Source: Phoronis australis (lineage: Eukaryota; Animalia; Phoronida). From it: a stretch of DNA of 64,000 bases. The stretch spans positions 124,001 to 188,000 of the forward strand of contig NMRA01000031.1 in NCBI GenBank assembly GCA_002633005.1, written 5' to 3'. Numbering within the stretch: the stretch's first letter is position 1; the number at the start of each line of letters is the position of its first letter. Shown piece by piece: positions 36,856-49,370 of the stretch. The notes beneath the pieces are model-generated. The model searched no databases. It was not told the origin of the DNA and saw only the letters and a program-made list of their open reading frames with translations. A program made the position numbers and the translations under genes.

Positions 36856-38089
36856 TTGAATGTTCTCATGGTCAGATTCGCAACAGATTTTGAAGACTGA
36901 ACTTTTAATCTGAAAATAACCGATAACATTGTTGACACTACATACTGTATGATACAGCTCATGGATGGTTCATGGCATTAAAAGGATTCTAAGTTTAAAT
37001 TGTAGTGCAAAAGCTGAGGCAAATCCTTGTTGATAAGACATGACTTTGACGCCTGTAGAGTGCTCCACTTAATAATGGTGGTGTTTGAGCTGACGATTTT
37101 CTCTGACTGTAAATTTTGTTCCTTTGCAAAATGGAATCTAGCATTGATTTTTCATATCACTACTACATTCATCTGCACTAGAGCTCACTTCATATTTGAC
37201 TATTTTCATAACATTGGCTCAATCACAACAAGCGCAAAGTTCACCATACACACACAAATCCACACTCATTGGGAACACAAAAATTGTTGAAGCTTTTTCC
37301 ATTGCATCCAATTATTGCATCTGACTACATTTTTTGATTTTCAGAAGATGTCAAGTACCTGAAGATTTCACCTACGATCCGGATGTATGATTTTGGACTT
37401 TGCCTAGGGTACTGTAGCAAATTATTTTTTGTGCAATTTATACAGAACATGCCTGGCTTGAGAGAACTTTTGCAGTGGCTGAACATGTGCACTTAACAGG
37501 AATGCCAGGTGCACACACACAAATCAAAAGGACCAAAAATAAACATGCGGCTGATTGTAACCACATTCGGATTTTAGTTTGTTTTGAATAAATACCAGTG
37601 GCATCCACCAGTCAATAAAAGACCTAAAATTAGTGGCAGGTCCTTTTAAGTAAACTTCTATGAGAAGCAACCATGTAAACTGCCAAATTGGTTGAACCAT
37701 TCATACAGACTTTCAAGGGTATGTGATGTTGCTGTCATCAAAATAATTGCAATCGCAATGGACCCTGCAGATAACTTAGACGAGACCGAAGTTAATCATT
37801 CAAACCACGCTGAAGTGTCGACGCTCAGACGTTAAATCTGCCCTGCGAAGTTAACTAGCAATGTTAATTTCGATCCAGGACCGGCTTTCACCATTCAAAA
37901 GCATCCAATGTGTCATCGTGATCATCAAAGGGCCTTGTGATAAAAATTTCTTAATTTTTGAAGGTCACTTTCACTGAACTGAGAAAAAATATATAACGTT
38001 ACAATATCTGATAAATTTGATAAATACCTCCCTAAGGCATTTTACCATAAGGGGACCTTATTGGGAAAAGAACTGATTTCCTGAGATAA

Positions 38090-38167
38090 GCCCCAGCATG
38101 GAATTGAACCTGGAACCTCTCCCCCCTCCCCCACGGTTGCACTCCAATTAGTTCTGCTAGCAGAGCT
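38090..38167 (-). mobile_element. tRNA-derived SINE head
   Basis: Minus-strand B-box GGTTCAATTCC preceded by AGGTTCCA and an A-box-like TAGCAGAACTAATTGG. Confidence 0.45.
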
Positions 38168-41100
38168 AAATCTCACTGATACCTGTATATGGGTGAGTAC
38201 TTTAATGGTATTAAGCTCACAATGTCACGGACCTCGATTTCAGCAAATTTCAGACAGGCAACAGCCAGAATTTGAATTTTTTGCTTTATCGTTGTGGACA
38301 AAGGCTAATAACTTGAAGAGGTCTATCTTATTCAACAGTAATCCTAAAAATGCACTTTTTAGATGAAAAGCTGACAATGTCTCTTTAACACATATCATCA
38401 TTAACTTGTAGGTCAATAAGTCAAGCGTGAGACAAAATGTTACTACAAAGTTTTGCTCCCTGGTGTTGCTAAAACGTTTTGCATCCAGGCACCTCAATGT
38501 TCCATTCTGGACATAGACCCAACTTCACATTTAGCCATGCCATATGCGCTTAAATGTGCACATGTACAGAACAAATAAATATGCTCATTTGAGAATGGGA
38601 CAAGACAGAAGTTCCTATCCTGAAGGGATATTTTCCCTTCGATTGAAAAACAACTCCTAAAGTACCCTGAGTATTATGATTGGAAGATCAATCAAACATT
38701 AGACAACACTTGGCCACAGGCACAAGTGGATATTACTGTCTTGAGTAGATAGATTGCATACAGTAGTTACGTAAATCTGAGAAAGCTAAGAAACGTTCAT
38801 GTGCATGCTTGTATGCTATTGATAGTAACAGTGCTTTCTGTAGAGCAAAAATCCATATAGGAACAACAGAGTTCCAGACACAAAGGATTACTGGAATAAA
38901 CATACCAACATTCCATCTATAGTTTAACTCTAATGATTATCCTTCCAACATAACACACATTTCTGACTTCAACCATTTCTCTCAAGGTCCATATACTTTA
39001 GTATATCTAGAAGGGATCTAGTTGGGGAAAGCATAAACTATATTTTAGGACATAAGTTAAACAAAAATGTAGTCAGGCTATGAAGTCATAAGATATTACC
39101 AGACAAATCAATACTGCAGTCACCTGCCCACCACTGTTTACACAAGCCATATTAACGTAATTTATTAATAATTCAAAATGCTGGCCCTGAATTTCGAATG
39201 CTCGTAGACTGACAATTCAATTTTGGATTCACCAAGACTGTTTAAAGAGTTGACCACAGTTTCGGCCCTGCATAAAGTTGACAGGGCTTTGTAGCTATCT
39301 CAAGTTCTGGTTATAACTCAAGACAGTCTTCACTTAATTAGCGTGTTGTATCAGTGTATGGCACACAAGTGAAACCATACTTCAAACATCAAATTTCTCC
39401 ACAAAAATAATTAGTAATTCCAAATCTATTTTAGCTCGGTTTTGTAAAGCACATAAAACAAATTTGGTAAAATTTCCAGCAAAATCATCAGCCTGTGAAA
39501 AATAGAAAAAATATATATTACTTTACACTGTTTTTGAAAAGTTTCAAGCTAGAAAATTTATCAAACTGAGCAGTGTCTGGCATCATTAGTGATGTGAAAG
39601 TTCCAGGGGGCAAAAATTTCCTGAAATAGTAACTACCTGAGTGATGGCATCAGTCACCACTAATATTTACCAAACTTGGCAATTTTGTAATAGATTATTT
39701 AGAACTGCGTTTTGCCTTGCATATTTGGCTAAAAAATTCTAGGCCAACGCTCATAAAATCAGTCTCGTATTCCCTGCCGTGATAGAGTTCTATTTCCGCT
39801 ATCAACAAGAACATCGACATCATCAAGAGAATGCTTCAGGGTTCATTGGTGTTGGCCTCACTTCAAATTACGGGTTCAAAAATTGCTCATGCCTTTGATT
39901 TGAATTGCTGGCTCGTTTGACAATAATTCAAGATCAAATGAGTGCAGTAATGTTTTTCGAGTCCAAATCACTTGGGTTAAGAATTCAACAGTGACAGCTA
40001 AACACGGGACGGATGAAATGCAGTTTTAAGACAATTTCTCAGACCTTTCAGAGAGTCCAAATTTCACAGTAGCCAACCCACCAAAAAAAATTTTAAATTT
40101 TTGGTATTAAAATACCGTGGTAAGTCGTCAAACAGGAGTTGCCTGGCTACTTTAAGACATCCAAAGTTGCTACAAGAAACTCTCAGGAGCTTGACACCCA
40201 AAACAAACAACCTGGCTGAGCAGAGATTCTAATCTGAGTCCACTACAGCTAAAATGCCATGCACACACTACACACACCACCAATGAGAGCCCCCTGTTGC
40301 AGAATGTGCTAGTGTTCATGACTCCCAAAGCAAATGACACATTAATACAGATGGACCCACAGACCACGTCACAACAGACTTGTGTTACATTGGATTTTGG
40401 AGCATATAACTGAGCCTCAGCAGGGTTGCGTTTTTAGTATGAGAACTTCACCAGCATGACTATACGTTTCAGCTACAGTGCATGGCAACATCTTGTGAAG
40501 TCTCATTTAATCCTCCATTTTTGTGAGTCCACGAAACACAAGCCCGAAAATAAATATTCCAAAAATAAAATTCCAATACACCAAAGAAAAATATCACACT
40601 GGATCACAGCAGCTTCCATTCTTTCAAAAACTGTTTAATTATTGACAGTGCTTTGTCAATAGCGGAAGGTCAAAGGACTTGTAAACGGGAATTCAAAAAT
40701 TATGCATGAGTAGTGTGCATAGTTCTTATTGTTCAACTGTCAATGTTGAATTCTAGACCACAGTGCTTTAGGGTTTAAAAACATCACCATGCTTGTTTGA
40801 CCTTGAATTGTTGCCAAACGCGCCGGCAATGCAAGTCACAAGCAATGTGTACATACGGCATTTTCGAATTCACATTTTAAGGTTGGCCACCGCCAATAAA
40901 CTCGGAAACATTTTCTTGAGTTGCTGAGGATTTCGTTGCTCTTGGTAACAGACTCACCGAATCCAATCAAAGAAAGGAATATTACAAGACCCAGTATTCT
41001 GAGACTTAAAGGCCCAATTCAATTTTCCTGTTCCGGTCAGCTACACAGGGCAAATTGCACACAGGAATAAGCATTTGAAATCATCACAAGTGCCAAATAT

Positions 41101-42240
41101 TTTAACTACTTCACTGCCAATCCAGTATTTCTCACCCACAGTTTACAATATTTGGTGTCACTTCCAGCTTGGAAATTTTCCAGGTCAATATTCACGACTT
41201 CCACATTGGAGTACATGCACACTTCATACATTCCTCAAACCATAAACCACACCAGGGTTTGAGAATTAGCTTTTGGGTCACTTGACTTCCAGTAACTTAA
41301 GGACATGAAATTCATCAGGAAAGAAATAAACATGGATGTTCCACAAATGACCCGACAAAGTTAGACAACTATGAAATTGAATGCCCAGAATTCAATAGAC
41401 AATTATTGAATGGCATTACAGAAACCGGGCAAAAATTGTAAGGACCTGCTTATGAGGCATGCATAGACAAAACATCCAGATCATGTGCCTTTCTCTTAGG
41501 CAGGGAATGGAGCCTGGGTGGGATATTGAGCAATCGCTAGGCAGGTGACATACTCCCAATTTCCATACCACTGAAAAAGAAAACAAACGCCGCATGGGCC
41601 GAGGCTTTACTTGTTTCGGAAAATTCATCTTCCATGTGGCAATCAGGAAATTTTGTCAGGACACATTTGTCGAATTGGTGTTAAGCTATGGGTTAGTTTC
41701 TACACTGTACTTTTTCCACGAATCAATCAGCCAGGGCATGCAATGCTTTCAGCAGGATGTTTTTCAATCATTAAAGTTGCAAAAATTGGACTGCAAACAA
41801 AAGGAGGGAGTTTGCATTTAGATTTATCTTTGCATCTTCAACCTTTGAGCGCCAGAAAAGAGACGTGTATAATCTCCTTTCGAAAGTTGCATTCTTAGCA
41901 AATATCGAATACATGTGTTGGTGAAAATGCTGATTAAACTTTGGCATCGACTGTGTCAGTTGTCACGGCGCAACTTGTTCTACTTTTGTTGCATTGACAC
42001 GACATTAGATCGCAAACTGGATCACCCTGAGTTACATACAAGAAGACTGCGCATGCTCGCATAAACAACAGGGAATGTTCACCGGATAAACGCTCTTCTA
42101 CAAGGGCATTGAAAGACCATCCATTTCCACCCTGCTCCAGTTGTGTTTAGAAGTGTACTTGACATTGGAGCAACTAACTCTCAAACTGATGTCAAAAACT
42201 GGCCGCCACAGTGTCACTGGCTTTGTGTCAGTCATGTTTA

Positions 42241-42256
42241 CACGCACACGCACACA

Positions 42257-42291
<35 letters not shown>
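42241..42291. repeat. (CA)n microsatellite
   Basis: CA run with CG/AA interruptions. Confidence 0.95.
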
Positions 42292-42296
<5 letters not shown>

Positions 42297-42691
42297 CCGG
42301 AGCAGCTGTTCCGTGATAGCTGCGCAGAGTCAGATGTCTCTCGTGTAAATGCGGCTTACTTCACATGAAGCGTCCACGTTAGGATTTAAGCGTAAATTCA
42401 CAATTTTTTAAAATCCCCGATTTAAACCCCTTCCCCTCCCCTCCCTGAAAATTGCTCTCTGTAACTTGTTTATGCTAGGTTGTTTGAAATTAACAATTCT
42501 GAACACCTTACCATCAATGTATGGACTTGTACCAAAAATCTCTATAAATACCCAGCAGGTTGTTTAGTCAATCCACAAATGTTGTTGCCAAATCTAAACA
42601 CATTAACAGGGTGATAACCAAACCACTGATGAATCAATTTAAGTTCAACAACTTCTGGAGGCCAGCTGCTGTGATCTGTGAACTGAACAAT

Positions 42692-43010
42692 TAGTCCAGT
42701 CATTCTACGGATAACCCGGATAACCCGGAAAAAATTGCAACAGAAGGTTTTATAGCATAAATCGTATCCTTTCACACCCCTTAGTGGGAAAAAAAAGTCT
42801 ACCGGAATCGGAGTGGCGGAAGTTGGTTTTTCAAGATGGCGGACAAAATGGCCGCCAGATTTTCTGATGCGCACTATAACTCAAGAGTAGAATGTGATAC
42901 AGTAAAAATTCAAAAAGGTTTACCTATGTTTTGTGGGTCAACAAATCCATTGGAAATGGTTTTACATGGCTGTGGTGACACCGTCCGCCATTTTCCAAGA
43001 TGGCCGCCAA
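42692..43010. mobile_element. DNA transposon terminal fragment (TAG-initial, possibly Academ-like)
   Basis: Starts TAGTCCAGTCATT; clustered AAGATGGCGG/AAAATGGCCGCC motifs in both orientations; second end not found. Confidence 0.35.
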
Positions 43011-44683
43011 ATCTACTCGAGTCACACAACTTCACACGAACAGATTAGTGTGTCAAATGTGCAATGAGAATTAAAGCCTGAGCACAGCGAGGTTGACACA
43101 TTGCTGCCCCCGACTACCAGTCCAAATTGTCATCGTGATTATTTCCAACATGACAACGATCATCCTATACATATGTACAGTATGTAAACAACAGTGGTTC
43201 CCAAAGACAATGCCAAAGAAAATTAATAAAACAATTTTAGATCTAAACGTAAATTCTAATGTCGTCATCACAGTAAAACTGAACCCCAAGTCTGCCAGTC
43301 ATCACTAACAAAATGACCTTTTCCTCGATTTTCCTGGAAACCTGAACTGATGACCATGGGGGGTATTTGGTAGGTGAACATCTTGGCCACCAAGGTATGT
43401 AAATTCCATTCTAGAAAAATATCCAGGATGTGTAGGTAGTAAACTGTATTTAGCAACTCACAATTCCCAAGTCACTTGTTTAAATAGGTCAACAATTAAG
43501 AGTGAATACAAAGCCTTGCTAAAGTCAACAGTGTTTACATGTGGTATATTGGCTCAGTTGGACCATCAGTTAAGTACTTGGCACTCTTAACCTACTGACC
43601 ACAAAACCACACAATCATCTTCAGATCAGTTTTTGTTTTGGGAAAGGGAAGGATTTAGTGCTTCCAGGGAATTGTGTTATACAATAACATTTTCAGTAAT
43701 GCAATTACAGCAGCAGTGTGTTTATCCATAGACATGGACACAATATGTATGTTATTAATCAACCACAGCCGATGGTGATGGTATAATCAGAAAAGTACAT
43801 TACTATCAGATTTAAAGTTGCCAATTTCCTTTTGTTTTTTAATCATTTCGATAAGTTTCAAATTGATTGAAAAGAGGTTTTTTCATGGTCTCGGTGAAAG
43901 TATGTTGTGAGTGATTTCACTCACAACACAGTTTTAAATTGTCTGAAATTGAGGTTTTATGAGTTTTCAGTTTTGCAATAATTCACAAACATCCTGAGTT
44001 GCTTGTAATTTGATTGGCAATATTTCAGGCTTTTCTGCAGACATTGGTTAATTTTTTCAGCAATTATTGTAATGGAAGGCAAGGACCTTCCTCCAAAGGG
44101 AATTTTATGTGTAACTGAACTGGGATCAAGATCCTCATTTATTTTGATATATAACATACAAAACCTTGGGCTTAATTTGAAATTTAAGACTTTTTACCAG
44201 ACGCGGGTCCACCACCATTATGATTAAAAAATATTTTAAACGGATAAATAAGTTACGGTATAAGCGGATGAATTAAATGGCAGCTTCCAAGATCAACATT
44301 AAAACGAATGGTCTGTCATTTCATTTTCCGCTGAAGACTCTTGAAAGCAACTAAACTTATGGAAACGTAGGAGCTGTACAATAACTTACTACAGTATAAT
44401 TTTACAACAATTGCAAAATAAAGCATCACACACAAAAGCTATGATTGAAGCATTCTCTTAAATGTGGTTTCATCACTAGGCACCATGTTGATTACTGCAA
44501 TGTTACCCAGGTCATCCCAGTCGATCATCAAGTACAAGAACAGCATGCATTGTGGGTAACAGCATGCATGGTGGGTAATCAGTCAATTACCAAAGAAAAT
44601 GAACAGAATGAAAGACAAAACAATAACACCCGAGAACTGAAAACAAGCCAGAACACGAGTTGAGCCGACAACATGCAACTTAC

Positions 44684-45531
44684 TGCTTGAAACTGCTTGT
44701 GCGCTTGACATAGCTGAATTTGCCCGATTTCTTGCCCTGCGGTGTTGTTGGAAGACTATTATGATTCGTTGATGACGAGCTCTCGCTGGATTGCTGTCGA
44801 TTGGGTGTGAACAACTTTAAACTTTGAGTTTTCTTCTCCCCAATGTCGAGGTCAACTATGGTCACTGGCTCCATGCTTATGGCTAGTTTGTAAGATCTCG
44901 TTTCCACATTATCGGTCAGCGCTGGTTCAAGTCCTTTTCCTGGACATTCATCCTTGAGTGACTCGAATGCACCGCCTGCGGAAAAGTTTTCAGTAACCGT
45001 CTCCAGTTTTTCACTCCCCGTATCCTGTTTTTCATCAAAATTTTCGTAACTTTCTACTGACGGTTGTTTCTTCAAGCTACTGATGTCGGAATGAGATGCA
45101 AAGCTTTCTAAAGTTTCAGCGCGAGCTATAGGCGGTAAACCAAACAATGGAAGTGGCACAGCATCAGGAGAGACTTCATTACTGGCAACATCACACGCAG
45201 CCTCTGACTTCGGTAGCAGCGGGGTGTGGCTAAGTCCATTTTGGAATTCCCCGTCTAAGTGTTGCTCCAGGTGATCGGTTGTCAAAATGCTCGATATGTA
45301 GTCTTCGGGTTCGTGAGGTAGAATGTGCATTGGCGCGACCACACTGAACGGCTGCGTAACCGTTGGCTGCTTGCTTGTGGTAGTAATGAAAGTCTTGATC
45401 GGTTTTCGCTGAATTTTGTTATTGAAGTTATTTGTCTGGCCATTACAATTGATGTCAGTACGGCGCAGTTCCTCGGAGTCCTCGTCGTCGTCCATAAAAG
45501 GAATACTTTCCACAGAGCCAGGAGCCTGCAT
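44684..45531 (-). CDS. PP2C-like domain protein (CG9801 family), large N-terminal coding exon (acidic, Ser/Thr-rich, likely disordered)
   Basis: 283-codon ORF ending in CA|GTAAGT (phase 2), in frame with exon 26563-26388; ATG directly follows a TAGCAG|G acceptor-like site. The link to the PP2C exons is inferred from strand and phase. Confidence 0.72.
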
Positions 45532-46870
45532 CCTGCTAATTGTTGGACACTACAACTCTTTACCAAAATACTCCCTCACCATTGCATAGGGGTTTTGCAG
45601 GCAATGTCTGAGCCAATAAGCTAGAATATAATCATGGAAGCCAACATTTAGCACGAAGCAATGCCAAACTACTGCATTAGCCCAAACAATTATTAAGCTT
45701 GAGTACTTACTCATCAGCTGTGACAATCGATGAAGGAGCATCAGCCATGGACGATGATTCTTCAGAATAACGAGAACAAATGAACAAAGAGCTATTTCGT
45801 GTTAGTCAATGACTAATGACTGTCTAGAGGTTGTATGATAACACCATGTAATACAAAGATCATCAAGAGAACAACTTGAAGTTGTTTAGATGAACTGTGT
45901 TTGATGGTATCTTTACAATTTAAAATTATTATTAATTGTTTCTGAAATATATTACATGGTTATACCATTTAGAACAACTCACCACAAGTGAGAATAAGAG
46001 CTCTATTTTTGAAATTACACAGATTGTCAAAAAGAAAAGGGTGTTTGGCAAGTTTTCCAGTTACTTAAGCGTGCAAGGCCAAGGATTTAAAGACAAGCAA
46101 CTATAGAAATCACATGTAAAACTGGTAAAATGCAGTCCAGAAGAACAACAATTTCAAAAACAAAGCTTGGTTAAATTAGACAAACAGAAGTATAATATCT
46201 CAATATTTCAAAAATCAGAACTGGGTTAGATAGCACAAAAACTACAGGACACGATTTGCTAATTATGCACTAGCATAATCCCATCATAACTAGATAAAAA
46301 TGAAAGGCAATCACTGAATCAGTCAAATTATTACAGCCAAGAAGGCCAAGGGACCAGGTGAAATAAAATAAATTCTTCTTACTTTACCGGAATGGTGAAA
46401 ACACACAAATTTTTACAGCATATACTAGTCTGCCTACCTTGATTCAGGAATAGCTGTTAGCACTGCAACTGTTATTTAGCAATTTTTTAGTTCTCAGCCA
46501 TGGATGAATCAATAATACCCACGACGACGTAATTCCACAGTCATCACACTGAGTCAGTCTTCACACAACTCAGCCGTCACATTGCGAGGAAACTTTGCAA
46601 ACTATACGTGCAATACAGCTGAAAGAGTGAGGCCAGGTGAAAACAAAGATATCAGGAAGTTAGAGGAACAAAGTAGCGACGCAATCGCCACGCAAAGCAG
46701 TCAGAAAATGTAAGAGAAACACTCAAACAGCAACAACACGACAGCCAACAGATTTCGATTATGATGATCAGGTGAATTGTGTCTTCATTTACCAAAGAAT
46801 ACAAGAGTAACATGCGACGTCTATTGAGAAGAGTATCAATTACTTATTGCCAGACTTGACATATCCATAG

Positions 46871-47036
46871 GTCCGTTCCAAGAAATTGACTTAAAGTTCA
46901 CTTTTGACTTAAATCTAAGATTTATCCCAATTTCCAAATTTGGAGACTTACACATTAGATAGTCAAAATTAAGACAAACTTCAAGTAAAAAAACTTTAAA
47001 TCAAACTTTTTAAAGACCTCTTTCTTGAAACGGACG
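46871..47036. mobile_element. Short MITE
   Basis: Inverted repeats GTCCGTTCCAAGAAA / TTTCTTGAAACGGAC around an interior rich in ACTTAAA motifs. Confidence 0.55.
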
Positions 47037-48645
47037 TGAGCCAAGTTCAGTTCATGACAGAAATTCAGGATTGGTCTTAGCTAATTCAGTTTTCTTGGAA
47101 CGGGCAACATATCTATGGACGGTTCCATAAAAAATTCCTGCAACGGAACAAAGTTGCAAAAAAACAGAGATTATAGCCTCATTCAATTTTATGAGATTGG
47201 TGGATTGAGTTTTCGTAAGCATGCATTCTAACAATGGCTATCGATGAGTGAAGTTGTGATTTTATTGTGATGACCACCTTGAATAGCTCACTTAGAGCAT
47301 AGAACTGCCACCTTACGGAAGGCCTCAAGTTCGATGATGAGAGGGAGGCGTCTTCGCCGTCACCGTACTACTTCATACAACATGTGGGTAATGAAATGCT
47401 CCTCAACGAAGACCGATATATTTCTCGGATAAGTAACTGCTTAAATATAAAACAATTTGCAACTACTGTGGACCAAGTTTTTTACTCAGTTTTGAAAAAT
47501 TTTAAATTTTAAACTTCTTCAGCAAGAACCTATTTTATTAGCTGGAAGAATTGTTTTGTATTTTTTTCTCGATAAAACCAGAAGAAATGCGACATGATGT
47601 AACCTATGGGGTAGGAATATAGGCTAAAAGAAAAAGTTGCAACGCGCATAATTTTGGAACCGGACAACTTCATAATGGCAGGTGGTCTAAATCAAGGTTT
47701 TGAGAACGAGGCGGATTTAAAACATCCGCTTCATTTAGCAGCTACAAAATGACATTTGATTATCTACACTTTAATTTTTCTACCCTGTCGATTTCCAATG
47801 AACTGTCCGAAAATTACAGACATTCTTATAACGAAAATGTAGTCATCCGTGAATTCAGTGGATTCAGATATGCTGATTAGAGCAATGATCGTACACTGCT
47901 ACATATAGCTAGAACAAATTACCCGTTTTGTGGATGCCGAGATACGTAACGACCAGTTCATAATATACTCTACTTTGAAAAGTCGATGGTTTTCATAAAT
48001 TTGTGAGCTGCACGGCTAACTTTCTAATCAAACTTTAACATGCTTCCTCGAAGCAAACAATAATTATTTATAAATTTCTAGTCAAATATTATAAAAATCA
48101 GCTAAGTCCAATTGACGTGAAATACAACGATTTTGATGTTTTGCTAACTGTAAGTTCGCTGGCGACTCTCCCCTATCAGAACTTTACACACGTGGTAAAT
48201 ATTGTACACTTGGAAGTTGTCGGTTTACCGCACTTGAAACACTAAGGTGTAGTGCTTTCTAACGCTTTCTAGTCTTAACTCCAATTACAATACATTTTTT
48301 AAAAAACACTTGAAACACACGAGTCCATCTGATACAGGGCGGCGTCTTTGACTTGTCACGTGTCAGGCGTAGTAGTAACTAGTGGTAAAGTTTTATTTAA
48401 AAACGAATCAAGATAAAAAATCGTTAGCACACGTGGTAGTTATCGACTAATTAAACTATTTACAGAAACTAAGAAACATGAGGTGCAAATCAAGACTTCA
48501 CATTTTGGATGTGTATAAAACTAACCCGGCTAGTCACGGTGGCCAAGTCCGAGTCGCCAAATCCACGGTATCCGTTTATAATAATTATTTTAGTCTCTCC
48601 ACTTAACTGTTGGACTGGTGATGTCACGTCGTGGGAAAAACGTAC

Positions 48646-49370
48646 CCATGACTTAACTTGCGGTGATTAGGCTTGAGAGGAGTGGATAGGCTCCCATATC
48701 GTGGCACCGCTGCACAACGCGGCTGTGGTGGTAAAAATTACCCCCCGAAAAGGCTATATTTAGTGGCCAAAGAATGGTAACCGGAGGCAAGGGTACAGGG
48801 CTATGCATTATACACACCATCGCCTTGGTTGCTGCCAATCCACTGCACGGGGAGCTCAGCGCCACACTGACTCGGGCAGAATCTAAGGCAGGGCTGGAAA
48901 TAGGGGGCAACACGGTGAAAACAAAACGCCGACTTCGTTTGGTGTTTGTTTTGGTCGGGGGCGGTATAGGCACTACAGTCACGGTCACTGTCAATATTCC
49001 CTGGCTGGAAATTTTCCCGTGAAAACGAGTGAAATGTGGTCCGTAACTCGGGTCAATTCTTTTAGGACTGTCTCGGAGTGCGGGCATTCTGTGTCCCAGC
49101 CCGGCGGGCCAGGGTCGCGGCCAGCACGAACATGATGGGGAAGACCCGAGGTCCCCAGCACATTGCCTTTAGGCTGTTTCAAAATTCCTTGTTGAAACAC
49201 GGCCGGTAATCCAATTTCCGGTAGCTGTGGAAAATGAGAGATTGCGTCCCAAAATGAACACACCTCAACGCTTGGAGTTCAAATTCAGTTCCCGTGGATC
49301 ACTCAGACTCAGCGCGGGCCTACTGCATGGTTGAGGATTTTTAATGTGGGTGCGTCAGTCATGACGCGCT
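48646..49370 (-). promoter_or_regulatory. Candidate promoter and 5' exon of the CG9801-like gene (CpG-rich, with overlapping upstream ORFs)
   Basis: Locally GC/CpG-rich; TGG|GTACGT donor at 48646/48645; inverted CRE half-sites GCGTCA-GTCA-TGACGC at 49352-49367; 144-aa and 90-aa ORFs with no recognisable homology. Confidence 0.4.

Noticed and set aside
47310-47512. Protein-looking plus-strand open frame (LTEGLKFDDEREASSPSP...)
   Set aside because: No partner exons, splice support or recognisable homology.
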